Origin: Bacteroidota Order II. bacterium | GTDB taxonomy: Bacteria > Bacteroidota > Rhodothermia > Rhodothermales > UBA2364 | Length of the DNA stretch: 64,000 nucleotides | Assembly: GCA_016788705.1 (NCBI GenBank) | Contig: JAEUSQ010000059.1 | Span: 20,449 to 84,448, forward strand | Reading direction: 5' to 3' | Part shown: piece by piece, positions 52,301-59,867 of the stretch | Numbering within the stretch: the stretch's first letter is position 1 | Layout: every line of letters starts with the position of its first letter | Notes under the pieces: model-generated | Databases searched by the model: none | What the model saw: the letters and a program-made list of their open reading frames with translations, nothing else | What the model was told of the DNA's origin: nothing | Position numbers and translations under genes: made by a program

Positions 52301-52764
52301 AGTATTTTGAGCAATTGGATAAAATAACACCCGCCGCAACCCCGCTCAAATTAGAACGGATCCTCTCCGTAGAACGCAATACGCCCAATGGCCCCGCCCT
52401 GGCGCCCATCACCGCGAATACCCCACTCAAGGCCGGAGACCGAATCAAGGTGCGACTGGTACTGCGTGTAGATCGGGCGATGGAATACGTCCACTTAAAA
52501 GACATGCGGGCCGCCGGATTCGAACCGGAAAACGTGATGAGTGGCTATCGCTATCAAGGCGGATTAGGATATTATGAATCCACCCGCGATGCCGCCACCA
52601 ACTTTTTCATAGGCTGGATGAATCCGGGAACCTATGTATTTGAATACGCCCTGCGCGTAACCCATGCAGGCGACTTTTCGACGGGCATTACGAGCATCCA
52701 GTGTATGTATGCCCCCGAATTTGCCAGCCATTCCGAAGGGGTGCGGGTGCAAGTGCGCAACTAA
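46384..52764 (+). CDS. Alpha-2-macroglobulin family protein (thioester-containing, 2,126 aa)
   Basis: Signal peptide MRILTFLFLCLFVSTINIMAQ (no lipobox). MG-domain motifs FTDRSIYRPGQKLYFKAI and EEYKRPRFEV. Post-bait motif RTNLNETAFFLPQLRTNEAGEV. Thioester MEYPYECAEQTF (CAEQ at 51130-51141). Embedded CarboxypepD_reg-like ITGTVYYEDGKKTVSNAIVTLENTEFTTKTDAKGQFTFSNLKPGNYVVRVW. C-terminal receptor-binding-like domain. Confidence 0.9.
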   Translation: MRILTFLFLCLFVSTINIMAQPKPNDFYRENWKNAEKFLENGQYRSAYDLAKTISERAKSEENTAEFVKGLMFRSRFVQSLEEKTFNDAMNEVRSEIENGLPNLKPILHSIYAEMIWNYYQQNRWRFMNRTATEGIKDNDIETWDLRKILNEAKTHFRASVANPTVLQQLPIGIMNAVVYRQGNPDVRPTLYDFIAHRALAFFTNTEAGLSDPKERFAIRNAQWFAPASEFVQQSPLSEDALGADALRLWQDLSRFHLKDNNPSALIDLEVNRLVFVHTHSVSAEKDNQYENALNALIRSYKQEAIAEAYWELAQLYKNQGNTYKAKDPTQTHKWKKKDALAICDKVVNQFPNSRAALACTGLKSELTARTIQLTVPEFTEPNQHFPASITFMNAKRAFLKAVPVPTDQWVRIQADYEAYNRFANKARKQGGTAFAGQKLPDDGDMQSHITEAAFPKLPAGLYMLFVSSAENFSDASDRDGTTLITVSDIALNRRDAEKNSQLRFLHRTTGLPLSGVAVARFRVTRDGKSGTLVGTHKSDANGQVNIPQERSNYENRYYLRYTYQGQVVFENAPYRYYPYYQSPPLEQGTMVRTHLFTDRSIYRPGQKLYFKAIQISSKKENSWTVVADQEVTVQLFNANNEKVSEVKQTTNAFGTISGEFTLPTGILTGQFRLQTEHGSTYLSVEEYKRPRFEVAFKPIEGTPALDEEVAVTVTAKSFAGANLSDATVSYRITRGAELPPWSWWRYWWNPAPPIEIAQGEGKTDADGNFVIRFKARPDPTQDPKTEPIFVYNIEANVTDITGENHRDETDVRVGYKSLTLNADIQEIQPLSDLKKLVIKAQNLNGQAIPTTGQVSISRLKSPERTLRARTSGNIPDVQALTEAEFRRLLPNDPYGDELEKRNWKTDQSVVSLPFDTGKNTPLDLSSAQLQPGAYLIVLTAKDLQNRPVETRQIVTLYDEVAKTPALPQPFWHRPIKTTVQPGENATFLIGATGKTRILFEIEHKGKIISSEVVALDGQQVLKSIPIKEEHRGNLGYHLSAIRDNRTYTETNTLNVPFSNKDLKLAFETFRNKLYPGQAEEWRLKITGSKGEAVAAEMVAAMYDASLDEFRGHTWWMSLWNYSAPRMTWGTALFGTTQLAWSKTDPTEFAPSREYDTFQFEGENSLTDWPNFMHAVSGTAVAGTITGTVYYEDGKKTVSNAIVTLENTEFTTKTDAKGQFTFSNLKPGNYVVRVWHVQHATALTPVLLTADKGVKMSYKLTWAHEEMDYYDGGERRNRVQVLFSKAAPVEMAASAPMVARDMVSSEAATNTRFVPPAVKQDAEVRDEEPPPTNSPLPSGGKPQNDLGEVKARTNLNETAFFLPQLRTNEAGEVVLAFTMPEALTRWNLLGLAHTKDLSTGQIRESVITQKDLMVTPNAPRFFRENDTITFTAKVDNLSEQDLNGQAQLFLFDALTNQPVDAQFGNSKSQVDFSAKKQGNALLSWSLKIPEGISAITYRVVAKAGTFTDGEEAALPVLTNRMLVTESLPLPVRNAGETRFTFDKLLNNTSTTLRHQSLTVEFTPNPIWYAVQAIPYMMEYPYECAEQTFTRFYANAIASHIVAKQPKIQEIFRQWQTTDKETFLSNLEKNQELKSVLLEETPWVFQSNDEQERKKRIGLLFDTARMARELEGTMRKLREMQLSNGAWPWFKGMEPSQWVTQHIVSGFARLRQLGVYDAMSTEAKEMVTRAVQYLDEQNRKDYTWIVEHGNLKNDNLSYFQIYHLYARGNFRNIEMNGKQKEAFDYFFDQAKKYWLTKSPYMQGMIAIGLHNYGETQVPNKVVVSLRERSINNKEMGMYWKGEPGYWWYQAPIETHALMIEVFHKVANDAKAVEDLKLWLLKQKQTQDWKTTTATANAVYALLLRGTDLLSQQQTAKITLGSKVIDPQTDPNIRSQAGTGYFKTTIPATEIKPGMGKITVNKTGTSAAWGAVYWQYFEQLDKITPAATPLKLERILSVERNTPNGPALAPITANTPLKAGDRIKVRLVLRVDRAMEYVHLKDMRAAGFEPENVMSGYRYQGGLGYYESTRDAATNFFIGWMNPGTYVFEYALRVTHAGDFSTGITSIQCMYAPEFASHSEGVRVQVRN

Positions 52765-52787
52765 CCAAAAGTCAATATCCGATTATC

Positions 52788-52818
52788 AAAGCCGTCTATT
52801 CCTCATAGGCGGCTTTTT
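52788..52818 (+). terminator. Rho-independent terminator after the alpha-2-macroglobulin gene
   Basis: AAAGCCGTCTA-ttcctca-TAGGCGGCTTT (one G-U pair) running into TTTTT. Confidence 0.7.
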
Positions 52819-52895
52819 GACATCATTCCAACATGATTTTACAATTCGTTTATTCGTATTTTAATAAACCTCCGTTTCACATTCACCAATCCATA

Positions 52896-53267
52896 ATGAC
52901 AATGAAAAAACTACTCTTCCTCTTTATGCTTTTGCTCGCACCAGTCACCTATGCACAACGTGGCGGGGGCGCACCGCCCGACTCCGCGACGGTGGTTCAA
53001 CGTGCGCTCGAACAGGCAGAGCAAATGAAAACCAACTTAGCCCTTACTCCCGAACAAGCAACAGCCTGCCAAAATATTCTAAAAAATGCGGCCTTAGAAC
53101 GATGGGCACTCATGAAAAATGGCTTTGGAGGGCCGGGTATGCGCGAAACATTTCAAGAAATGAGGGGAAAAACCAATACGGCACTTTCCAAAGTGTTGAC
53201 GGAACAACAAATGACGAAATATCTGGAAATGCTACAAGAAATGCGCGGAAGGCGCGGTGGACAATAA
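52896..53267 (+). CDS. Small periplasmic LTXXQ-motif (Spy/CpxP-like) protein
   Basis: Signal peptide MTMKKLLFLFMLLLAPVTYAQ from the ATG at 52896. Two LTxxQ motifs (LTPEQ, LTEQQ) sit in helical repeats. Confidence 0.6.
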   Translation: MTMKKLLFLFMLLLAPVTYAQRGGGAPPDSATVVQRALEQAEQMKTNLALTPEQATACQNILKNAALERWALMKNGFGGPGMRETFQEMRGKTNTALSKVLTEQQMTKYLEMLQEMRGRRGGQ

Positions 53268-53283
53268 TCCACTATTTACGCAA

Positions 53284-53310
53284 GGGGTGACACAACATCA
53301 CCCTTTTTTT
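53284..53310 (+). terminator. Rho-independent terminator
   Basis: GGGTGA-cacaaca-TCACCC followed by TTTTTTT. Confidence 0.7.
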
Positions 53311-53552
53311 CGAGACCCTAAGAAGCCTTACATTTTTGAAGAAAACAAAGCCTTATTCTGGCCTCACTGATCCCTCTCGAATCTTACTTAATATTTTTAA
53401 AATCACTTAAAAATAAATAAAAAGCTTTCCTTTATGCAGTAATTTGTTTATTATACTTCTTTGAGATATTTTTAAATACGTAGAAGTTATGCTATTCTTG
53501 GTATGAGATTGAGCACAGAAAAATCATCTAAGGCAAACAAGCTCTGCAAGCC

Positions 53553-54698
53553 CTATTGGCTTGGGGTCAGGGAGGATATTTCCTCTTCGAGACGGCGATA
53601 GGCCGCAAGCAAGGCCATTCCGGCAATTGACCACGTAAATTGTTTTCCAGCTTTTTCTGCATTTTCCGATGTGTTAGCATATTTATCGTGGTCATCCAGC
53701 CATTTTTGAACCAGCATAATGACCGCTTGCGGGTCGCCATATGGCACTACTGCCCCCAGTTTGTGGGCTTCAACCCAATCCCGCCAAACGGGCGTATCTG
53801 TACAAATGAGCGGCAGGCCCGACGCGGCATATTCATAAAATTTTGTGGGAATGGGCCACCATACATGGGGCTCCATCAAGCACAAACCCACAAATGCTCG
53901 CTCCACTTCAGCTACAATTTTATCAAAAGGTAAGTAGGTATCCCAGCCATGCAATTCTAAAATGCCCTCCTCCAACACAGCTTTAATCTGCTCGTCGGCT
54001 GCTTCGCGCTCTGTTTGATTGATGCACATGCCCGCCCAAACCATTTTCCAAGGCAATTTTCTACGCTTTATTTCTATGGTAAGCGACACCAAGAAATCCA
54101 AGCCACGCTTTTTCCCTAAGACGCCTGTATAGAGTAGCCGAATGGGATTTACTTGTTTATCAATTCTTTTATTTTTGTTCTTATGGTATATATCCAAAGG
54201 AAAATTATCTACCAAATAAATTTTCCGGGTGTATGGCTTTAAAAAATTATTATACTCTTTATTAGCTATTATCAAAATATTAAAAATATTAAAACCAATA
54301 CGTTCCCAAAATCGAATAAGGATATTTTCAGGAAAACTATTTTTAGTGTAATAATCTTCATGAATGTCATAAACAATCTTACAACCTAATCTTTTTTTTA
54401 TCCATAAGGCAAGTGGGATCAATTCTGGATCATGGAAATGAACAATATGTGGACGAAGTCTTTTTACTTTTTGATATACCTCTTTCCAAAGCAAAATTCG
54501 TGAAAAACGTCCTTGCATAGGGGTTAGACCCTTCACTTGTACACCTTCAATAACATCATCTTGTGGATGTTGCGCTACTAAAAAAACCTCGTATCCAGCC
54601 GCCTGAAGCGTAGGAATTTGTTTATAAAAAATACGAGGATCTCGTAAACGATGTACGGTTGTTAGGTGAACAACTCGTATTTTTGAGTTTAAAGACAT
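53553..54698 (-). CDS. GT-B fold glycosyltransferase (GT4-like)
   Basis: 381 aa. IRVVHLTTVH..., the C-terminal half has the EX7E-like region PTKFYEYAASGLPLICTD. Its start overlaps the upstream DegT-family gene by 10 nt. The central part of the gene is strikingly AT-rich. Confidence 0.8.
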   Translation of the reverse strand: MSLNSKIRVVHLTTVHRLRDPRIFYKQIPTLQAAGYEVFLVAQHPQDDVIEGVQVKGLTPMQGRFSRILLWKEVYQKVKRLRPHIVHFHDPELIPLALWIKKRLGCKIVYDIHEDYYTKNSFPENILIRFWERIGFNIFNILIIANKEYNNFLKPYTRKIYLVDNFPLDIYHKNKNKRIDKQVNPIRLLYTGVLGKKRGLDFLVSLTIEIKRRKLPWKMVWAGMCINQTEREAADEQIKAVLEEGILELHGWDTYLPFDKIVAEVERAFVGLCLMEPHVWWPIPTKFYEYAASGLPLICTDTPVWRDWVEAHKLGAVVPYGDPQAVIMLVQKWLDDHDKYANTSENAEKAGKQFTWSIAGMALLAAYRRLEEEISSLTPSQ

Positions 54699-55834
54699 AA
54701 CCGAAGAGCATTAATGACCCGTTCTATTTCTATATCCTTTAAACTCGGATGAAGCGGAATACTTAGTGCAGTACGATAATATTTTTCCGTTTCTGATAAT
54801 TGCTCCATCTGATACCCCAAGCCACGATAATAGGGATGGTAAGGCACAGGGATATAATGTACTTGAACCCCAATTTTCTGACTTTGTAGTACCTTAAAAA
54901 GGTTCGCCCGATCTATTTTTGCATTCTCCCTCAACCGAATTGGATAAAGATGACGGGTATGAAATCCGTTTGAAGAATCGCTTGGGAGTATGAGTGGTAA
55001 ATCCCTTAATTGTTCTGTATAAAGTGCCGCAATTTCTCGCCTTCGGTTGTTATATGCTTCCAACCTTTTCAATTGTTGAATGCCCAAAGCCGCTGCCAAT
55101 TCACTTAACTTATAATTAAATCCCAAAAATTGTTGTTCATAATACCACCCTCCTTCCGATGGAAATACCAACAAATCTTCCTCTCTGGTCATGCCATGCG
55201 AACGCGCCATGTGTAGTCTGGAGGCAAAACCGGCATCATGCGTGGTTACCATTCCCCCTTCTGCTGTCGTCATATTTTTGACGGGATTAAAACTGAAGGC
55301 GGTCATATCTGCAAGGTCACTTCCAATGGCCTTACCCCAATAACGCCCTCCAGGTGCATGCGCGGCATCCGAGAGCAGAAGAACTTGATGCTGGTCTGCC
55401 AATGCACGTAACTCGCGATAAGGACTTGGATGACCCGCAAAGTCCACTGTTAAAATGGCGCGGGTTCTGGGTGATAAACAGGCCTCAACCGCATCTGGCG
55501 CCAGGCAAAGGGATACAGGATCAATATCCGCAAAAATGGGCTTGGCCCCGGTGTATAATACGGCATTAGACGTTCCCGCAAAGGTGAGGGCAGGGACAAT
55601 GACCTCGTCTCCTTCTTTGAAGCCAGCCGCCATACACATCCCGTGCAAGGCAGCCGTTCCAGAACTGTACCCAACGGCAAATGGTGCTTCCACTTTTTGT
55701 GCAAAATCCACCTCAAACTTCCTTAAGATAGGGCCTTGCGAAATAAACGCGGATGCCAAAGCCTCTTGGACAGCCTCTATGTCTTCCTGCGTGATTTGCT
55801 GGCAACTATATGGGATAAAGGCTTGTTCGCTCAA
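54689..55834 (-). CDS. DegT/DnrJ/EryC1/StrS-family PLP-dependent sugar aminotransferase (PseC-like N-terminus)
   Basis: IPYSCQQITQEDIEAVQEALASAFISQGP, SSGTAALH, FSFNPVKNMTTAEGGMV (PLP lysine). TTG start at 55834 overlaps the SDR stop (TTGA). Confidence 0.9.
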   Translation of the reverse strand: MSEQAFIPYSCQQITQEDIEAVQEALASAFISQGPILRKFEVDFAQKVEAPFAVGYSSGTAALHGMCMAAGFKEGDEVIVPALTFAGTSNAVLYTGAKPIFADIDPVSLCLAPDAVEACLSPRTRAILTVDFAGHPSPYRELRALADQHQVLLLSDAAHAPGGRYWGKAIGSDLADMTAFSFNPVKNMTTAEGGMVTTHDAGFASRLHMARSHGMTREEDLLVFPSEGGWYYEQQFLGFNYKLSELAAALGIQQLKRLEAYNNRRREIAALYTEQLRDLPLILPSDSSNGFHTRHLYPIRLRENAKIDRANLFKVLQSQKIGVQVHYIPVPYHPYYRGLGYQMEQLSETEKYYRTALSIPLHPSLKDIEIERVINALRLCL

Positions 55835-56853
55835 TGTCTTACGCTATATGGATAGATGGTCTTCTGGGCTTCTTCGATAAGTTCCATTAAAATTCGGTCT
55901 AATCCTGTTGTAGGATGATAACCTAATTGTTTACTGAGTTTATCTACGTTTGGAACCCGAAGCAACACGTCTTCAAACGAAGTACCAAACGCCTTTTCGA
56001 TCGGCACAAAGACAATCTCTGAACGACTGCCTGTTAATTCTTTAATTTTATGCGCCAATTCCAATATACTGACGGGAATATCGTTACCAATATTAAATAT
56101 TTCGCCAGATGCTCCGGGCGTTTTCATCAGGTCTATCATGCACCTGACAACATCTCCGATATACGAAAAACACCGCTGCTGAGCGCCATCCCCATAGACC
56201 GTGATAGCTTCTCCTTGTAGGGCCTGCTGAATAAAGCGGGGAATGACCATGCCATTTTGTCCAATTTGACGTGGGCCAACCACATTGAACAGCCTTACAA
56301 TAACCGCATATATCCCTTCTTCATGGTATTTGGCAAGTGTTAGGAATTCTTCTATGGCTTTTATGCCCGAATAAGACCAGCGGTGTATGTTAGTGGAGCC
56401 ATAGATTCGATCGGCGTCTTCTTTCAGGTTTTCAATGTGGCCACTTCGCACATCCATTGCCTTTCCATACACCTCCGAGGTAGAACTAAGTTGAAACTTG
56501 GTGCGGTAATGGGTGACCAGATCCAGTATATTGTCTATCGCGCGTAAGTTATTGAGAATATGAGAGCTGGAAGGATATGCTGCCAGACGCACCCCAACAT
56601 ACGAGGCCAGATGATAGACCTCGGTACTTTGGGCAACCAAAGGTGCCATTAATTCACGATTCGCAACATCTAATTTTACAAACCGAAAATTGGGATGAGA
56701 AAGTGCTTTTGCCAAATTGGCCTGACGCCCCGTTGCCAAGTTGTCCACAACGGTAACAGCACAGCCTTCTTTAAGCAGGGCCTCGGCGAGGTGCGAACCG
56801 ATAAAGCCCGCTCCGCCTGTTATCAGGCAATGCCGTTCGTTTTGATGAGTCAT
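55831..56853 (-). CDS. NAD-dependent nucleotide-sugar epimerase/dehydratase (extended SDR)
   Basis: CLITGGAGFIGSHLAEALL (Rossmann), VVDNLATGRQANL, STSEVYG, YSGIK (YxxxK). Confidence 0.9.
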   Translation of the reverse strand: MTHQNERHCLITGGAGFIGSHLAEALLKEGCAVTVVDNLATGRQANLAKALSHPNFRFVKLDVANRELMAPLVAQSTEVYHLASYVGVRLAAYPSSSHILNNLRAIDNILDLVTHYRTKFQLSSTSEVYGKAMDVRSGHIENLKEDADRIYGSTNIHRWSYSGIKAIEEFLTLAKYHEEGIYAVIVRLFNVVGPRQIGQNGMVIPRFIQQALQGEAITVYGDGAQQRCFSYIGDVVRCMIDLMKTPGASGEIFNIGNDIPVSILELAHKIKELTGSRSEIVFVPIEKAFGTSFEDVLLRVPNVDKLSKQLGYHPTTGLDRILMELIEEAQKTIYPYSVRH

Positions 56854-56866
56854 ATTGGTTTATGGT

Positions 56867-58015
56867 TCATGTTTTAGTGATCGTTTCACTTAAACCTGAT
56901 GTCAATTGGTGCAACATGCCGGTAAAAGTTTGGGCCGTGATCTCCACTGAGGCATGTTGATGAACAAATTTAAGGTTTTTGGCTTTCATGGATGCAACAA
57001 CGGAAGGTGGCGCATTTAGACTTTGATTTATCCCCGAAAAGAGGGAAAGTACGGATTCATCCTTTACAATGAAAGCGCTTACACCAATTTCTAATAATGC
57101 ACAATTACTCGGAATCTCATTAAGCAGGGGAATTGTTCCCGCCACCAGACACTCCAGTACGGCCTCCGAAACACCATCATATTCCGGACAAGAGAGCATA
57201 AAATCTGAAATTGCCCAAATCTCCCGGACTTCCGCAAGCGGTAAGCGTGTTTGCACCACCAAGGCCCGCGGATGCACGGCTAATTGGTTCAGCAGCACTG
57301 CTGTTTGTGGGGTTCGCTCTTGTCCTAACGTTAGAACAATAACAAAAACATCCTCCCGTTCCCCGAGCAATTGCAACATAGCGGGCAAGAAAATTTGGGG
57401 CTGATAATAAAAATATACCCCCCGCCCCGCTGTAAGCACGATTTTTCCTTCGGGGATGCTCCATTTTTTTCGGAGTTCTTCCACATCTTTTAGTGGAGAT
57501 TCGTAATCAGAAAGGCGGATTCCCCATAATAAAGATTGAATCTTGGCAGCATGTTCTGGAAAAAACTTCCGGGCCAGATATGCCAAAGCAGGACCATCTG
57601 TTACCACCAAATTTGCTTGGCCCATGATACGGGAGACAACATAATGGTAGTATTTTTGTAATAGCCCTTGAAATGGATGCACGGTGACATCACGTGTCCA
57701 CGTCATCAATACGAACGGAGAAAAGCCTGTCCGCGCCGCAATCCAGCCATAATGCGTAGCAAAAGAACCCATAAGAACGTCAGGACGAATCTCGTTAAGA
57801 ACCGCCTTAAAAGGAGCTACCGACGACAAATGGTAGGACCAGAATCCTGTTCTGGATACAAAAGGCGACGTAACTTGATGATACGTCACACCTTCAATGG
57901 GTTGTTCAAGAGCGTGATAACTAACGAGATGCACCTCGATCCCCTGTTCAGACAATGCTGGCAGCCATTTCCGGAAATGGGGCTCTGAAGCCGTCCCAAT
58001 CAGCGCAAGGCGCAT
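56867..58015 (-). CDS. GT-B fold glycosyltransferase (GT4-like, divergent)
   Basis: 382 aa. Two Rossmann-like halves. The C-terminal PEYDGVSEAVLECLVAGTIPL resembles the EX7E sugar-donor motif. It is the first gene of the minus-strand sub-operon. Confidence 0.7.
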   Translation of the reverse strand: MRLALIGTASEPHFRKWLPALSEQGIEVHLVSYHALEQPIEGVTYHQVTSPFVSRTGFWSYHLSSVAPFKAVLNEIRPDVLMGSFATHYGWIAARTGFSPFVLMTWTRDVTVHPFQGLLQKYYHYVVSRIMGQANLVVTDGPALAYLARKFFPEHAAKIQSLLWGIRLSDYESPLKDVEELRKKWSIPEGKIVLTAGRGVYFYYQPQIFLPAMLQLLGEREDVFVIVLTLGQERTPQTAVLLNQLAVHPRALVVQTRLPLAEVREIWAISDFMLSCPEYDGVSEAVLECLVAGTIPLLNEIPSNCALLEIGVSAFIVKDESVLSLFSGINQSLNAPPSVVASMKAKNLKFVHQHASVEITAQTFTGMLHQLTSGLSETITKT

Positions 58016-58086
58016 AATCGTAGGTTAATTTGACAATGATTCGTTGTATATTACGACCAGTTTTATCAGACTACAAATCAACATTT

Positions 58087-59178
58087 ATGGAACAGCCCTC
58101 TAAATCTTTATTTGCCGTCATTATGGCAGGCGGGGTTGGAACCCGTTTCTGGCCTCATAGCCGTCAGGCCAAACCCAAACAGTTCTTAGATGTATTCGGA
58201 AGTGGCACGATGATTCAGGCCACTCTTGGAAGGCTGGCGGGCCTGGTTGCTCCAGAAAACTGTCTGGTTGTTACAAACCAACAATATCAACCCCTAACCC
58301 AGTTACAACTACCCATCCTGCCGATCGAAAACATCTTGGGTGAGCCGATGAGCCGCAATACAGCCCCTTGTATTGCATGGGCGGCTGCCGAGTTGTTTAA
58401 GAAAGACCCAAACGCTACCATGATAGTACTGCCCGCAGACCACCTGATTGCCAATGTTAGGCGCTTTCAGCAGGTACTCCGAACCGCTATTGCCCAAGCA
58501 CAAGAGCCGGGCAGCTTGGTTACAATTGGCATAGAACCTACGCACCCCGAAACAGGCTATGGTTATATTCAGTTTGATACTACAGCCTATGAAGTGGATG
58601 AAGACGGATTGGTTGCATGCCCCGTAAAAGCCTTCGCCGAAAAGCCAGACCTCGAAACCGCCGAACGTTTTCTGGCTACGGGCGAGTTTCTATGGAACTC
58701 CGGCATGTTTGTCTGGCGGGCAGACACCATCCTAGACGAAATTCAAAAACACATGCCCGACCTTGCCGAGGCTTTTCAGCCCGTTCTCAACACCCAAACG
58801 GTCACAGACGAAATGGTCTTGAAGGCATTTAGTTCCAGTCCTAAAACATCGGTGGATTATGGTATTATGGAACCTGCCGAAAAGGTTTTTGTGGTTCCCG
58901 GAAATTTTGGTTGGAACGATGTGGGGGACTGGCGTGCGGTTTATGACCTGAATGATAAAGACCAACAGGGGAACGCCCTCCGAGGCAAAGTGGTATGCGA
59001 AGATGCCTCCCGAAATTTGGTTTTTGCAGGCGACAAATTGGTGGCGGTTGTCGGAATGCACGATACTATTGTGGTCAATACGCCTGATGCCCTTTTGGTC
59101 TGTCATAAAGAAGCCACACAAAAAGTCAAAAACGTGGTAGAATTTCTCAACAGCAATGGCTTGGAGGCGCATACCTAA
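58087..59178 (+). CDS. manC: Mannose-1-phosphate guanylyltransferase (no PMI/cupin domain)
   Basis: FAVIMAGGVGTRFWPHSRQAKPKQFLDV, VLPADHLI, LVTIGIEPTHPETGYGYI, FAEKPDLETAERF, WNSGMFVW. I prefer the ATG at 58087 over the track start at 58030. Confidence 0.9.
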   Translation: MEQPSKSLFAVIMAGGVGTRFWPHSRQAKPKQFLDVFGSGTMIQATLGRLAGLVAPENCLVVTNQQYQPLTQLQLPILPIENILGEPMSRNTAPCIAWAAAELFKKDPNATMIVLPADHLIANVRRFQQVLRTAIAQAQEPGSLVTIGIEPTHPETGYGYIQFDTTAYEVDEDGLVACPVKAFAEKPDLETAERFLATGEFLWNSGMFVWRADTILDEIQKHMPDLAEAFQPVLNTQTVTDEMVLKAFSSSPKTSVDYGIMEPAEKVFVVPGNFGWNDVGDWRAVYDLNDKDQQGNALRGKVVCEDASRNLVFAGDKLVAVVGMHDTIVVNTPDALLVCHKEATQKVKNVVEFLNSNGLEAHT

Positions 59179-59180
59179 GC

Positions 59181-59867
59181 ATGGTAGTTTCAATTGCACA
59201 ACCGGGGTATTGGCCTTGGCTTGGTTATTTCGACCGGATTCTCAAGTCCGATCTACATATCGTATTGGATCATGTCCAATACGAGAAGTCATGGTTTATA
59301 AACCGTAATCGAATCCGATGTGGTGATTCATGGCAGTGGTTGACCATTCCCGTAAAAACCAAAGGGCGTTTCGGGAACCTACCCATCAACCAAATTGAGG
59401 TGGATGAACGCCAGAACTGGAAAATTAAGCATTGGCGAACGCTACGGCATCAGTATTATCATACTTGTTTTTGGAAGGATTTTGAACCCGAACTTAATGC
59501 CTTTTACCATACACAATGGCCTAATTTTCGGACAATTTGTTTGGCCAGTTCGCAGATAATTGCCAAGGCATTGTCGCTAAAAACCCCTCTTCTTTTTTCA
59601 TCGCAGTTTACACCGTCCGAAACAAAAGGAGCTTTGGTTTTGGAATTATGCCAAAAAGCAGGTGCAACCACTTATCTATCTGGCCCGTTGGGCAAAAACT
59701 ATTTGTCTATTAACCATTTTGAAGCAGCGGGTATTCAGGTTGAATGGCACCATTTTTCACCCCCTGCGCCTGCCAACTACCCTAACCCAACCACTCCTCC
59801 ACGTTCAGCATTGGATTTTTTACTCCACTTAGGACCCAATGGTCTATTAACCTATCTTCGTTCCTAA
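59181..59867 (+). CDS. WbqC-family protein (function uncharacterised)
   Basis: VVSIAQPGYWPWLGYFDRILKSDLHIVLDHVQYEK..W.NRNRI matches the WbqC-like (PF08889) N-terminal signature. Confidence 0.75.
   Translation: MVVSIAQPGYWPWLGYFDRILKSDLHIVLDHVQYEKSWFINRNRIRCGDSWQWLTIPVKTKGRFGNLPINQIEVDERQNWKIKHWRTLRHQYYHTCFWKDFEPELNAFYHTQWPNFRTICLASSQIIAKALSLKTPLLFSSQFTPSETKGALVLELCQKAGATTYLSGPLGKNYLSINHFEAAGIQVEWHHFSPPAPANYPNPTTPPRSALDFLLHLGPNGLLTYLRS

Noticed and set aside
52515-52525. GGATTCGAACC, a tRNA T-arm-like string
   Set aside because: It is embedded in the A2M coding frame (AAGFEPEN) and no acceptor or anticodon arms can be folded around it. I found no tRNA genes in any intergenic region.
53311-53552. 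AT-rich intergenic region as a remnant of a mobile element or an integration site
   Set aside because: There is no integrase or transposase, no tRNA target and no terminal inverted or direct repeats. I treat it only as part of the compositional-break finding.
58732-59199. 155-aa minus-strand ORF
   Set aside because: It is antisense to manC, which has canonical nucleotidyl-transferase motifs.
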